A stretch of DNA of 28,377 nucleotides, from IMG/VR virus record IMGVR_UViG_3300023192_003818, positions 1 to 28,377 of that record; one strand, written 5' to 3'. Made by a program: the position numbers and the translations under genes. Positions within the stretch are counted from its first letter, which is position 1. Every line of letters begins with the position of its first letter. Source of the stretch: a virus. The notes beneath the pieces are model-generated. The model did no database searches, was not told where the DNA came from, and worked only from the letters and a program-made list of their open reading frames with translations. This document shows, in pieces, positions 1 through 8,525 of this stretch.

Positions 1-49
1 CACAAGAGGCTAAACTAATTAGTAAACCTAAAGCACCTATCAGACGCAT
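1..49 (-). CDS. Partial CDS (runs off the left edge), putative lipoprotein
   Basis: ATG at 49 reads MRLIGALGLLISLASC: basic residue, hydrophobic stretch, LAS-C lipobox. In-frame alternative ATG at 79. Not in the ORF track. Confidence 0.55.
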   Translation of the reverse strand, partial: MRLIGALGLLISLASC

Positions 50-191
50 TTTAGATTTTTGGTTGTTATTAAATTGCATATCTCTATAAATTAATTGTTG
101 AACATAACAAAAATAGTTAGTTTTGTCGAACTATTTCATTATTTTATTTTCTTTATTTTTTACCAAATATTTATAAGGTCTTATATTTTAT

Positions 192-199
192 TATAAATA
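192..199 (-). promoter_or_regulatory. TATTTATA putative phage late-type promoter motif
   Basis: Same motif as in other intergenic gaps; lies between the FAD gene stop and the partial lipoprotein gene. Confidence 0.35.
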
Positions 200-219
200 G
201 ATGTCCTAGACGTAAAAAA

Positions 220-1599
220 TTATTTCCCTTTCAAAATATTAGATACACTCAATATTCCTTGAGAACCTGATACTGTTATACCTCTAGCACTTAATGCATC
301 CCCTACAAAGTGAACGTTTGGGTATTGGGTTAAACTGAGATCTTTGTAATTGACAATAGGTTCAGAAGAAAGATATTTAACCTCGGGAATATAAATCCCA
401 TAATTATTTTTAAGTGTTGGAAATATCTTTTTAAGGCCCTCAATAAAATCTTCTATGTATTGAAAATAACCTTGAAATATTTCTTTAACATTTTCCAACC
501 CAATTTCATTTATTTCAAAAGATGTTACATAATTTCCTTCACTTGTTCGGCTTGGCCTTATTTTAGGTGAGTTTGGAGAATAAAATAAACCACATTTACC
601 ACTACCCAAAGCATGGTCTCCTGATTCTTCTACTCTTTTTTGTGTTTTTTTAACTAATTCTCTACACCATTCAAAAGGTTTATCAATACCTTGAATTTCC
701 ATTAAAATCCCAAAATTAGTCATTCCGTTTTCAAATTTTTTATCTTTCTTAGCATGACCATTATATGAAATATCACCATAAGTTTTTTCAACAGCAACAT
801 AAGCAGCTGTATTGTTTGTACAAAATGTTCTTAATGATACTCCTTTATCTTCAAATTTTTTATATAATTTAAAGTCATAAGCTAAATCTATTAATTTTTG
901 GAAATGGTGGGAAGGAGCTTCAAATCTTACTCCTATTTGAACTGGTTTAGGTTCTGTAGGTAATTCGTAGTTTTCAATTAATCCTTTTGAAAAATCAATT
1001 CCTGATTTACCTACACAAAATATAAGAGTATCATATGTAAAGGAAGGGAAATAACCTGGGGTATCAGGAGTTGGTTCTACATTACACATAACTTTTTGGT
1101 CTTTAAAGTCTATTAATTTTACTCTAGTTTTCCAAATAAAATTCACCCCTTTCTCAACTAAATAATCATACCAAGCCTTATTTATTTCAAATAGATAATC
1201 AGTACCTATATGCCAAACCGGAAATAATCTTAAACCAAAATGGGGTTTTATAAAATCGGGTTCTTCAATAGGATTTGAACATTGTATTTGTTCAGGGTGA
1301 GGGTGGAATCTTCTAAAATTATTTATAACTTCATCCATTAAAGACATTGCTTTTTCTTCTCCACAGTACTTTGATAATTGTCCTCCTATTGAAGTGTGAT
1401 AAGTTAATTTACCATCTGACCAACCTCCTGCACCTAAGAATCCTTCCATTACTTCTTCAGGTTTTCTTTCATAAGGAGATTTACCCATATCAATTATAGT
1501 AATTAATTCTCCCGGATAATCATTATCAACTAATTTAGTTGCAGCATTTACTCCTGCAACTCCTGATCCTACTATTAATATTTTTTTATTATACTCCAT
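220..1599 (-). CDS. NAD(P)/FAD-dependent oxidoreductase (COG2509-like uncharacterised FAD dehydrogenase)
   Basis: N-terminal Rossmann motif ILIVGSGVAG, GFLGAGGWSDGKL signature, C-terminal HFVGD...RGITVSGSQG FAD-binding motif. Confidence 0.85.
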   Translation of the reverse strand: MEYNKKILIVGSGVAGVNAATKLVDNDYPGELITIIDMGKSPYERKPEEVMEGFLGAGGWSDGKLTYHTSIGGQLSKYCGEEKAMSLMDEVINNFRRFHPHPEQIQCSNPIEEPDFIKPHFGLRLFPVWHIGTDYLFEINKAWYDYLVEKGVNFIWKTRVKLIDFKDQKVMCNVEPTPDTPGYFPSFTYDTLIFCVGKSGIDFSKGLIENYELPTEPKPVQIGVRFEAPSHHFQKLIDLAYDFKLYKKFEDKGVSLRTFCTNNTAAYVAVEKTYGDISYNGHAKKDKKFENGMTNFGILMEIQGIDKPFEWCRELVKKTQKRVEESGDHALGSGKCGLFYSPNSPKIRPSRTSEGNYVTSFEINEIGLENVKEIFQGYFQYIEDFIEGLKKIFPTLKNNYGIYIPEVKYLSSEPIVNYKDLSLTQYPNVHFVGDALSARGITVSGSQGILSVSNILKGK

Positions 1600-1942
1600 A
1601 TTTTATAATTCTTATTTTCAAATTATATTTTTTAGCTAAATCAATCATATGTTTAGTTCCTTTACTTTTACCATCCCAAAATGCAATTAAAGAATCAGCA
1701 TATTTTGCCATTTCTTCATTTCTTATAAAACCTGCTGCTTTTCCATGCTTATCCCAATCAGCAGGAAATTGTTTTAATTTATAACTATTTTTTATAGCAT
1801 AAAGTTCACCTAATTTATCAGCACCATTAGCCGTTCCACTTACTATTTCTATATTTTCTGAAGAATTTAATATATTATCACATTTTTTACTTAAAAAATT
1901 AAATAAGTTAAAATCTCTTCCTCCAGCCACAATAACTTTCAT
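1589..1942 (-). CDS. SLOG-family protein (YspA/DUF2493-like)
   Basis: MKVIVAGGRDF, IVSGTANGAD, FPADW..HGKAAGFIRNEEM, FWDGKSKGT motifs. Start moved from 1990 to ATG 1942 because the extension overlaps a hairpin/promoter. Confidence 0.85.
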   Translation of the reverse strand: MKVIVAGGRDFNLFNFLSKKCDNILNSSENIEIVSGTANGADKLGELYAIKNSYKLKQFPADWDKHGKAAGFIRNEEMAKYADSLIAFWDGKSKGTKHMIDLAKKYNLKIRIIKYGV

Positions 1943-1946
1943 ACAC

Positions 1947-1978
1947 GTAATATACGAAAAAAAAGCCATGGCTCCAAA
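1947..1978 (-). promoter_or_regulatory. Bacteroidota sigma70-like promoter (TTTG-N20-TATATTAC)
   Basis: TTTG at 1978-1975, 20-nt spacer, TATATTAC at 1954-1947, just upstream of ATG 1942. Partial match to the TTTG/TAnnTTTG consensus. Confidence 0.5.
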
Positions 1979-1994
1979 TAATGGTGCCACAGCT
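1957..1994 (-). terminator. Rho-independent terminator
   Basis: Minus-strand stem AGCTGTGGC-A-CCA / TTATT loop / TGG-A-GCCATGGCT running into a T8 tract, downstream of the Cys-rich micro-ORF. Confidence 0.6.
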
Positions 1995-2015
1995 ACCTAA
2001 TTTTTTTATAAAATC

Positions 2016-2036
2016 GAACTGGCTATGAATCAGTTC
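2016..2036. other. Small stem-loop
   Basis: GAACTG-N9-CAGTTC inverted repeat just after the micro-ORF stop. Confidence 0.35.
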
Positions 2037-2042
2037 TATAAT

Positions 2043-2111
2043 TTAACAATCACAACAAGGACAATCACAGGATGTGCCACAGTTGCATGTTTTACAATTA
2101 CATTTATTCAT
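2043..2111 (-). CDS. 22-aa Cys-rich metallothionein-like micropeptide
   Basis: MNKCNCKTCNCGTSCDCPCCDC*, 9 Cys. AAATAAAATG start context, TATTTATA motif just upstream, terminator downstream. Confidence 0.7.
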   Translation of the reverse strand: MNKCNCKTCNCGTSCDCPCCDC

Positions 2112-2121
2112 TTTATTTAAT

Positions 2122-2129
2122 TATAAATA
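2122..2129 (-). promoter_or_regulatory. TATTTATA putative late-type promoter
   Basis: AATATTTATAAT, 10 nt before ATG 2111. Confidence 0.5.
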
Positions 2130-2169
2130 TTGAAAATTTTTTAATGTTATGAATCTAGTATCTATTTTT

Positions 2170-2481
2170 TTATACATGAGAACTTAACCCACTACCTCCT
2201 GCAGGGTCTAAATCTCCATCATCAAACATATCTTCTCCTTCATGTTCATCTCTCTGTAGATCTTCTATCCAATCTTCATTATCTTCTAACCAATAACTAA
2301 ATGAATCATTATATTCATAAAAAGGGTCAATGAATTCTTCAACTATAGTTTTAATATTTTCAGGTTTTGATATTCCTATCCCTTTTAAGATTTCAATTAC
2401 ATTTTTTGGAATTGTAATTGTAATTTGAAGAGATTCCTCTTCATTAATAAATTTGTTAAATTCTTCTTGATATTGTTCCAT
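2170..2481 (-). CDS. Acidic hypothetical phage protein
   Basis: 103-aa ORF coupled to the upstream gene (TAATG overlap); very D/E-rich; early INE motif. Confidence 0.7.
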   Translation of the reverse strand: MEQYQEEFNKFINEEESLQITITIPKNVIEILKGIGISKPENIKTIVEEFIDPFYEYNDSFSYWLEDNEDWIEDLQRDEHEGEDMFDDGDLDPAGGSGLSSHV

Positions 2482-3086
2482 TATATTTTATCTACTAAAA
2501 AGTTCATCATTATTTTTATTTGATATTTATAAAATCCTTCTTGTAACCAATCCCCACCTTGAATTTGAATTAAATCTCTTAATAATTTAAAGTCTCTTAT
2601 ATTGGCCAAATCATCCATATTATTTAATAGTTCTGCTTTATCTCCTGCTGATTTCCATTCTCCATAGTTTTCTTCTTCAGAATCATTATAATCTTCTGTA
2701 ATATTATAGTTAATAGCATGTTTTAATTTCATTATTACTTCATCCGGATGAAGAACAACTTCATCTCCCTCTAAGAAATTTTCCCATTCTTCAGTGTAAA
2801 ATAAAATAGCATTAGAACCATCATCAAAATCTAACTCATGATAGCCACTTTCTTTTAACTCTACTCTATCAATCTTTACTTCTCTTTCACTTCCACCACC
2901 ATGGTAATAATAGCTACCAAGGCCATCAGATATATCTGTAATTATTACTGTTTGATCTTTTAATAAATCAGTTATAGTAGTTACATCATTTTTTATTTCA
3001 TCATCAAAGCTTACACCTCCTGTGTAGTCTTGGGTTTCATAAAGTTTGCCTTCGCTAATATATTTTTTTAAATTGAAGTTTTTCAT
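2481..3086 (-). CDS. Acidic hypothetical protein with shared N-terminal tag (putative internal head protein)
   Basis: Begins MKNFNLKKYISEGKLYE, nearly identical to the start of the 264-aa ORF. Confidence 0.75.
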   Translation of the reverse strand: MKNFNLKKYISEGKLYETQDYTGGVSFDDEIKNDVTTITDLLKDQTVIITDISDGLGSYYYHGGGSEREVKIDRVELKESGYHELDFDDGSNAILFYTEEWENFLEGDEVVLHPDEVIMKLKHAINYNITEDYNDSEEENYGEWKSAGDKAELLNNMDDLANIRDFKLLRDLIQIQGGDWLQEGFYKYQIKIMMNFLVDKI

Positions 3087-3088
3087 AA

Positions 3089-3340
3089 TTATATTATCTT
3101 TTTAAGCTTCATTAATTTTGTATCATTCTCTCCTAAATCAAGCATTCCACGAGAATATAATCTTCTTGCTTCTTTAATAAGTTTTATAAATTCCTTTTTA
3201 GGTAAAACTCCTAAACTTTCAATTAAGGGGATTTTACTATTTATTAAATTTTTAAGATTATTAGATAATATCGGTTCTATCCATTCCTCTTTTAAGATTG
3301 GATAATTTTTTTCACATTTATTACATCCACATTTACACAT
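3089..3340 (-). CDS. Hypothetical protein with N-terminal CxCxCxxC motif
   Basis: Start re-assigned to ATG 3340 (MCKCGCNKCEK), 1 nt after the stop of the 35-aa mini-ORF. The GTG 3400 extension overlaps that ORF. Confidence 0.65.
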   Translation of the reverse strand: MCKCGCNKCEKNYPILKEEWIEPILSNNLKNLINSKIPLIESLGVLPKKEFIKLIKEARRLYSRGMLDLGENDTKLMKLKKII

Positions 3341-3341
3341 A

Positions 3342-3449
3342 TTAAACAAATAATTTTTTAAAATCTCCATAAATTGAACTTTGGTTAACTCCAAAGTCAC
3401 TTAATAAAGATTCACTATCTTTTATTTTTTCTAGATTAAAGTTTTTCAT
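3342..3449 (-). CDS. 35-aa mini-ORF carrying the MKNFNL tag
   Basis: MKNFNLEKIKDSESLLSDFGVNQSSIYGDFKKLFV*. ATGA overlap with the upstream stop; its own stop is 1 nt before the next ATG. Confidence 0.55.
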   Translation of the reverse strand: MKNFNLEKIKDSESLLSDFGVNQSSIYGDFKKLFV

Positions 3450-3907
3450 AATTCTATATCATCTATTTCGGAGTTGGTAGAAATATCTAAAGGTTCTTCA
3501 CTTCCATCTATATCTGCTCCCCCTTCACTTGAATTGGTTTCTGATTTTCCCCCATACTGTAAAATACGAGCAATGGAAACAATTGCTCTTTGTTCTTCAT
3601 CTAAATTGAGTAAAAAATATTTTTTACCTTCAACTTGAGCTATCCAACTATTTTCATTATAAGTTAATATAAAACTTTGACCATTTAATAAATTAATTCT
3701 AAATGTTGTGGGTTTAGGTGCTACCCAATCTATACTTTCCAAAAATTTATCAAAATCAGTAGTTAATAAATCAACAATAACTACTTTAAGTTCTGGAAAA
3801 TTTGTTAATTCATCATAAGCTAAAGAAGCATCATCAACTTTGAACTTATCAGCCCAAACATTTAATACTAATCTTTTTATTTTATCTTTTAAATCTGCTT
3901 TAGTCAT
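3446..3907 (-). CDS. Hypothetical phage protein
   Basis: 153-aa ORF with ATGA coupling, globular core (IDWVAPKPTTFRINLLNGQ) and acidic tail. Confidence 0.8.
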   Translation of the reverse strand: MTKADLKDKIKRLVLNVWADKFKVDDASLAYDELTNFPELKVVIVDLLTTDFDKFLESIDWVAPKPTTFRINLLNGQSFILTYNENSWIAQVEGKKYFLLNLDEEQRAIVSIARILQYGGKSETNSSEGGADIDGSEEPLDISTNSEIDDIEL

Positions 3908-6408
3908 TTTTTATTAAGAATGTAGGCCTTTAAATCTTCACTTATTATATAAATATCATCTTGCAATTGTTCTAAATCTTCATGAGATAAAGCAACAACT
4001 AATTTTTTGTAAGGGTTTTGATATAAACCTTTACCTTTATATTCTTTATTAAATATATAAACTCCTGGAATTATATTTTGACCATTATGTTGGACATAAC
4101 TATCTGACCTAAATCTTTTAGGGTATTTGGGGGAATTTTCTTTACCTAATTTACCTGCTAGATTTGAGAATTTGTCTTCCTTTAAATTGCTTATCATTTC
4201 ATCTAAAGATAAAGTAATACCTGCTTTTTTGGCTGCTTGATTAAGTGGTTTTTTTAATTTAGGTTTATCTTTATAGTTTGCTCTTTTATACTGGTCTAAA
4301 ATATTTAAATATTGTTTTCTATCAGAATCTTCATCTTCTTTAATATTTCCCCTTTTTTTTAATTCTCCTTTCATTATAGAAGATCTCAGTTTTGCAGAAC
4401 GACCATAACCTTTATAATCTGTTGAATCTATTTTACTTATTTCTCCCTTTAATTCTTCATCTGACATATTTTTTATTTCATCTCCATCAGAAGTTTTGTT
4501 TTTTAATCCCCCATGGAAGGATGTTAAATCATATATTCCAGATTCTTTTAAATTTACAGACTTTTTAAGATTTTCTCTCCACTTATTACCATAAAGCTTC
4601 TTCATTAAACTTACTAACACTTTAGTATTTATTTTCTCTCCATCTGCTGAATATAACTTATCATTTTTTTGAATTATATGACCATCTTTTTTAATATAGT
4701 CTTGTAATTGTTGTTGTAATTTAGTTAAATTTTTATTATCTTCTTCATTAACTTTTTTACCTTTTTCTGAATCTGTGATTTTTTTTAACATTTCTTCAGC
4801 AGTATCATTTATATTACCATACATTGGAGAATTTGGTAGTGAAACATTTATAATATCTCCAAAATTTTGCATTTCATAACTTCCTGCTCCACCTTCTTTA
4901 TCAGGTAAATCTAAACTAAAAATATTTTTCTCTAAAGAGTCTTTATTTAAAGTAACTTTAACATTTAAATATTTAGACATTGCTTGAGCTAAAGTATTAG
5001 CAGGATTAATTGTAGATTTTAGATCTTCATCATTAACTTTTTTACCTTTTTCTAAATCTGTGATTTTTTTTAACATTTCTTCAGCAGAATCATTTATATT
5101 ACCATACATTGGAGAATTTGGTAGTGAAATATTTATAATATCTCCAAAATTTTGCATTTCATAACTTCCTGCTCCACCTTCTTCATCAGGTAAATCTAAA
5201 CTAAAAATATTTTTCTCTAAAGAGTCTTTATTTAAAGTAACTTTAACATTTAAATGTTTAGACATTGCTTGAGCTAAAGTATTAGCAGGATTAATTGTAG
5301 ATTTTAGATCTTCATCAATAGTTTCATCTACTTCTATTCTATCTTTATAAAAATCTCTTTGAGCTTTTCCTTCTCTATTAAAAGCATCTGCAATTAATTC
5401 TTTTAATTTTTCAAATTCTTTAGGAGATAATTCTATTGGTGTATAATTACCATCTTTAAAATAACTGGATATTCCTACATATCTTGTATCTAATTTGTCT
5501 CTAAATCCTAATTTTGATAATTCTGATGTGTCAATTCTATCTTGAGATGTTATTATTCTAACAATAAAATTTTCATTTTCTTTTTTGAATTGAATAGTAC
5601 TATGATCACTATAATTTATATTCTTATAGTCTCTATAACCCTCTTTTTCTTCTCCCCATTCTTCATTCAATTCCTTAACAGGTTCAGGGTATTTCTTTTG
5701 TAATTGTTTTTTGGGGGAGTGTGTAGATGATGTTTCATCCTCATTCATATTATATCCTTTTTTATTGGATAATTTTAAACCCCTTTTTACAGCATATTTT
5801 ATAGCATCATCAGGTGAATCAAACGTCATATCAATTTGAGCTGAACCATCAGGTTTTTCTAAAATATAGTGATGTTTTTTATCACCCTCACGTTTTCCTG
5901 CTCTTGAAATCATTACTTCATCTCCTTTATTTCCCATATAACCTTCATTAGTATCTTCTTCAATTTGTTCACCAATTGGAATATAACCTAATTTAGTATC
6001 ATATTTTCCAATTTTTTCTTCTAATTTAAATATTAAATTTGAAATAGATGTTAAGGCTCTTTGCCAAGTAATATCAGAAGTTTTTGCTAATAATTCCTCA
6101 ATTTTTTCAGAAAGAGCTTCAGTATGAGTTCCAACCTCATCCCAAATATATGCTTCTCTATCTTTAACATTATCTTCTTCTGTTAAAGGGGGGTTTTGTA
6201 ATACTTTTCTTACTAGTTCTTTAAGATTATTTTTATTCATCTCTTCTATTTTTTTTCTACCTTGTTTTGTAGCAATTCCATACATAACCTTCTCAGCATC
6301 AGCTCCATATTTCTTAACTAGAGCACTTTTATTTTGTTTAAGACCTTGAATAGCACGTTCCCGTGCCTCTACTTCATTATCACTAAGTTTACTTTCATTA
6401 AGCATCAT
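3904..6408 (-). CDS. Large modular charged protein (putative polyprotein / internal head protein) with an internal tandem duplication
   Basis: 834-aa ORF. Short modules flanked by LNE, LTEE, IEE, MNE, LNEE, IDE, VNEE, LKE, IKE, ISE. Confidence 0.8.
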   Translation of the reverse strand: MMLNESKLSDNEVEARERAIQGLKQNKSALVKKYGADAEKVMYGIATKQGRKKIEEMNKNNLKELVRKVLQNPPLTEEDNVKDREAYIWDEVGTHTEALSEKIEELLAKTSDITWQRALTSISNLIFKLEEKIGKYDTKLGYIPIGEQIEEDTNEGYMGNKGDEVMISRAGKREGDKKHHYILEKPDGSAQIDMTFDSPDDAIKYAVKRGLKLSNKKGYNMNEDETSSTHSPKKQLQKKYPEPVKELNEEWGEEKEGYRDYKNINYSDHSTIQFKKENENFIVRIITSQDRIDTSELSKLGFRDKLDTRYVGISSYFKDGNYTPIELSPKEFEKLKELIADAFNREGKAQRDFYKDRIEVDETIDEDLKSTINPANTLAQAMSKHLNVKVTLNKDSLEKNIFSLDLPDEEGGAGSYEMQNFGDIINISLPNSPMYGNINDSAEEMLKKITDLEKGKKVNDEDLKSTINPANTLAQAMSKYLNVKVTLNKDSLEKNIFSLDLPDKEGGAGSYEMQNFGDIINVSLPNSPMYGNINDTAEEMLKKITDSEKGKKVNEEDNKNLTKLQQQLQDYIKKDGHIIQKNDKLYSADGEKINTKVLVSLMKKLYGNKWRENLKKSVNLKESGIYDLTSFHGGLKNKTSDGDEIKNMSDEELKGEISKIDSTDYKGYGRSAKLRSSIMKGELKKRGNIKEDEDSDRKQYLNILDQYKRANYKDKPKLKKPLNQAAKKAGITLSLDEMISNLKEDKFSNLAGKLGKENSPKYPKRFRSDSYVQHNGQNIIPGVYIFNKEYKGKGLYQNPYKKLVVALSHEDLEQLQDDIYIISEDLKAYILNKK
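4738..5317. repeat. Tandem direct repeat, 285-bp unit (95 aa), 2 copies
   Basis: ATTAGCAGGA at 4996 and 5281 (offset 285). Six substitutions between the copies on manual alignment. Confidence 0.95.
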
Positions 6409-6415
6409 TTAGTAT

Positions 6416-7210
6416 TTATTCATCCCCAAAAGGAGTATAACCTTCTGAATCTCTTCTATATTCACTAGGATTTCTTAATTTATTTCCCATTCTATTATAA
6501 AAATATTCTCCATCCCAATATTCATAACTATCTGAAGGAGAGTAATATTCTTTTTCTAAATCAGAAATATCAATTCTTTCATATTCTTCATCTAAATCCC
6601 TTAACCCATCCTCTGAAATTTTATCAAATAAAGAACCTTGCCCCATTTCTCTTCTATTTTTAGCATCAATAAAAGATATAGTACTATTTCCTTTTGTAAC
6701 TATTTCTCCTTTATGAAGTCTATCCATTTCAGATTTAGTAAGATTAAAAGTACCATCCTCTGTTGAAACAACAATAGGATCGTCATCTTCATTTTCTTTT
6801 AAAGATTCATAATTAATTTCTCCTTGGTCATCATAATCATCATAAGTATCAAAGTCTTCTTCATATTCTCGTTCTTGAGTATCTCCATCATTATTAAAAA
6901 CTCCTTCAAATCTAACACTAATATCTAAGGAATCAAATAATTGAGATAAATCTCCTTCTAATGCATCATAATTTTCCATTTTTTCAGGGAAAAACCAATA
7001 ATTTTCTATTGAATTCCATTCTCCAAAAAACGCTGAATCCTCTAGTGCACCACTAATTAAATCATTATCTGATTGGGTACTTCCAATTACAATTAATCCT
7101 TGTTCCTCTTCATCAAATCCTTCATCTAAAGATTCATAATTTATTTTACCTTTTTCATTGTAATGAATTCTACCTTCACTAATAAATTTTTTTATATTAA
7201 AGTCTTTCAT
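6416..7210 (-). CDS. Acidic modular protein with shared N-terminal tag
   Basis: Begins MKDFNIKKFISEGRI; contains a duplicated G(K/E)INYESL(D/K)E linker. Confidence 0.8.
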   Translation of the reverse strand: MKDFNIKKFISEGRIHYNEKGKINYESLDEGFDEEEQGLIVIGSTQSDNDLISGALEDSAFFGEWNSIENYWFFPEKMENYDALEGDLSQLFDSLDISVRFEGVFNNDGDTQEREYEEDFDTYDDYDDQGEINYESLKENEDDDPIVVSTEDGTFNLTKSEMDRLHKGEIVTKGNSTISFIDAKNRREMGQGSLFDKISEDGLRDLDEEYERIDISDLEKEYYSPSDSYEYWDGEYFYNRMGNKLRNPSEYRRDSEGYTPFGDE

Positions 7211-7216
7211 AATTTT

Positions 7217-7927
7217 TTAATATTTACTTCTTCTTAATCCACTATGTTCATCTTCTTCTTCACTATCACCAATATCTTTCCATTTAGGTTTTCTTTTTAA
7301 TTTCACATCTGAATCAGGAATACCACCTTTTGTGTAATCTTTAAACACATCATATTCTTTTGCAAAAAAATCACCATCTACATCATCTTCAGCTACTTGA
7401 TTACCTCCTACAATATGAGTACGAGTAAACATTGTAATAGTATTACCTATTTGTTTTGCTAATTTATCATCTGCAATCTGAAGTGCATTATCATAAGCCA
7501 ATTTTAAAGCATCTTGAATTTGTTTTTCATCTTTTGTTAAACCTTCTTCAGGTGAGAATTGTATTTCTTCATCTCCACCTTCATCAGGAATATCATCTAT
7601 AACCGGTTCATCCACAACATCTTCTCCATCTCCTAAGTCAATATCATCTAAATTGATATCTTCAACATCATCCTTTTCATCTTCTTCATCCTTTTTCTTA
7701 TCTTTTTCATTAAGATTAAATAATATTTCTTCTCTTATTTTAAATTTTAATTCAGAAATTTTAATTTTAGTAGGTACTGATTCTTCAATTTCATTATCAG
7801 AATTAGAATCAACTACTTTATATCTTGGTTTAGTAGATTTTAATTCAGTTAGTAATTTGCTTTTTTTTTCATCATATTTAAATAAGACTTTGCTTTTTAA
7901 ATAGGCTTTATAATCGAAATTATCCAT
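7217..7927 (-). CDS. Acidic hypothetical protein (head scaffold/core-like)
   Basis: Begins MDNFDYKAYLK; long D/E tract; helical segment IQDALKLAYDNA...KLAKQIGNTITMFTR. Confidence 0.75.
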   Translation of the reverse strand: MDNFDYKAYLKSKVLFKYDEKKSKLLTELKSTKPRYKVVDSNSDNEIEESVPTKIKISELKFKIREEILFNLNEKDKKKDEEDEKDDVEDINLDDIDLGDGEDVVDEPVIDDIPDEGGDEEIQFSPEEGLTKDEKQIQDALKLAYDNALQIADDKLAKQIGNTITMFTRTHIVGGNQVAEDDVDGDFFAKEYDVFKDYTKGGIPDSDVKLKRKPKWKDIGDSEEEDEHSGLRRSKY

Positions 7928-7938
7928 GTGTTTTTAGT

Positions 7939-7946
7939 TATAAATA
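7939..7946 (-). promoter_or_regulatory. TATTTATA putative late-type promoter
   Basis: AATATTTATAAC, 11 nt before ATG 7927. Confidence 0.5.
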
Positions 7947-8018
7947 TTATTTTTTCTTCTAGATTTATTTTTAACAATATTAGGTGTTATTTATGTTTTT
8001 TTTCTTACTTTAATTTTA

Positions 8019-8525
8019 TTAACTTACATCCATACTATCATCCCAAGTTGCTTCTATTTCTAAAGAGGTTAACTTATCAACAATGTCATTTAAAAGAGAA
8101 ATACCATTAAAATCTGATATTTTTGGTAATTTTAGGTTAATTCCTAAATAATTAAGTAAACTATTTGTATCATCACCCCCAATTTTAATAGTTTCACCAC
8201 CTTTAACTAATATAGTTTTATAAAATCTTCCTCTATCTGTATAATTAATATCTATTTTTTCAATAGATTTATAACCACTTTCAGTAAGTGAACCTAATCC
8301 ATGGTTTTGTAACCCAAAATAAAAACTGGTTGCTGTTGGAAATTCTTGCTGAAAAATAGACATTCTTAATCCTGATTTTTTTGATGGTGATTCTAAATAA
8401 TTCTTTAACCAATTCCATATTTTAAAGGAATCTTGAGGAGAAATATTAGCATCATTATTATTTTCTTCAAATTCTCTAAGTCTTTGCTTGTATGACCAAG
8501 TCTTTATATTAAAATTATCTGGCAT
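8019..8525 (-). CDS. Hypothetical protein with tag-like N-terminus
   Basis: 168-aa ORF beginning MPDNFNIKTW; TATTTATA at 8552-8559 upstream. Confidence 0.75.
   Translation of the reverse strand: MPDNFNIKTWSYKQRLREFEENNNDANISPQDSFKIWNWLKNYLESPSKKSGLRMSIFQQEFPTATSFYFGLQNHGLGSLTESGYKSIEKIDINYTDRGRFYKTILVKGGETIKIGGDDTNSLLNYLGINLKLPKISDFNGISLLNDIVDKLTSLEIEATWDDSMDVS

Noticed and set aside
49-139. TAG recoding (ATG AAA TAG at 139 is in frame with the lipoprotein ORF)
   Set aside because: All long genes are intact in the standard code, and TAG ends the 190-aa gene at 9159-9161 overlapping the next start; likely coincidence.
168-199. Inverted repeat TATTTATAA...TTATAAATA
   Set aside because: A/T-only stem with a long loop; not distinguishable from background.
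1539-1784. Plus-strand 81-aa ORF
   Set aside because: Antisense shadow of the well-supported SLOG and FAD genes.
4738-5317. Diversity-generating retroelement TR/VR pair
   Set aside because: Differences are not adenine-specific on either strand, both copies are in-frame in one gene, and no reverse transcriptase is in the window.
7653-8110. Plus-strand 83-aa and 60-aa ORFs
   Set aside because: Low-complexity antisense frames of acidic minus-strand genes and AT-rich spacer DNA.
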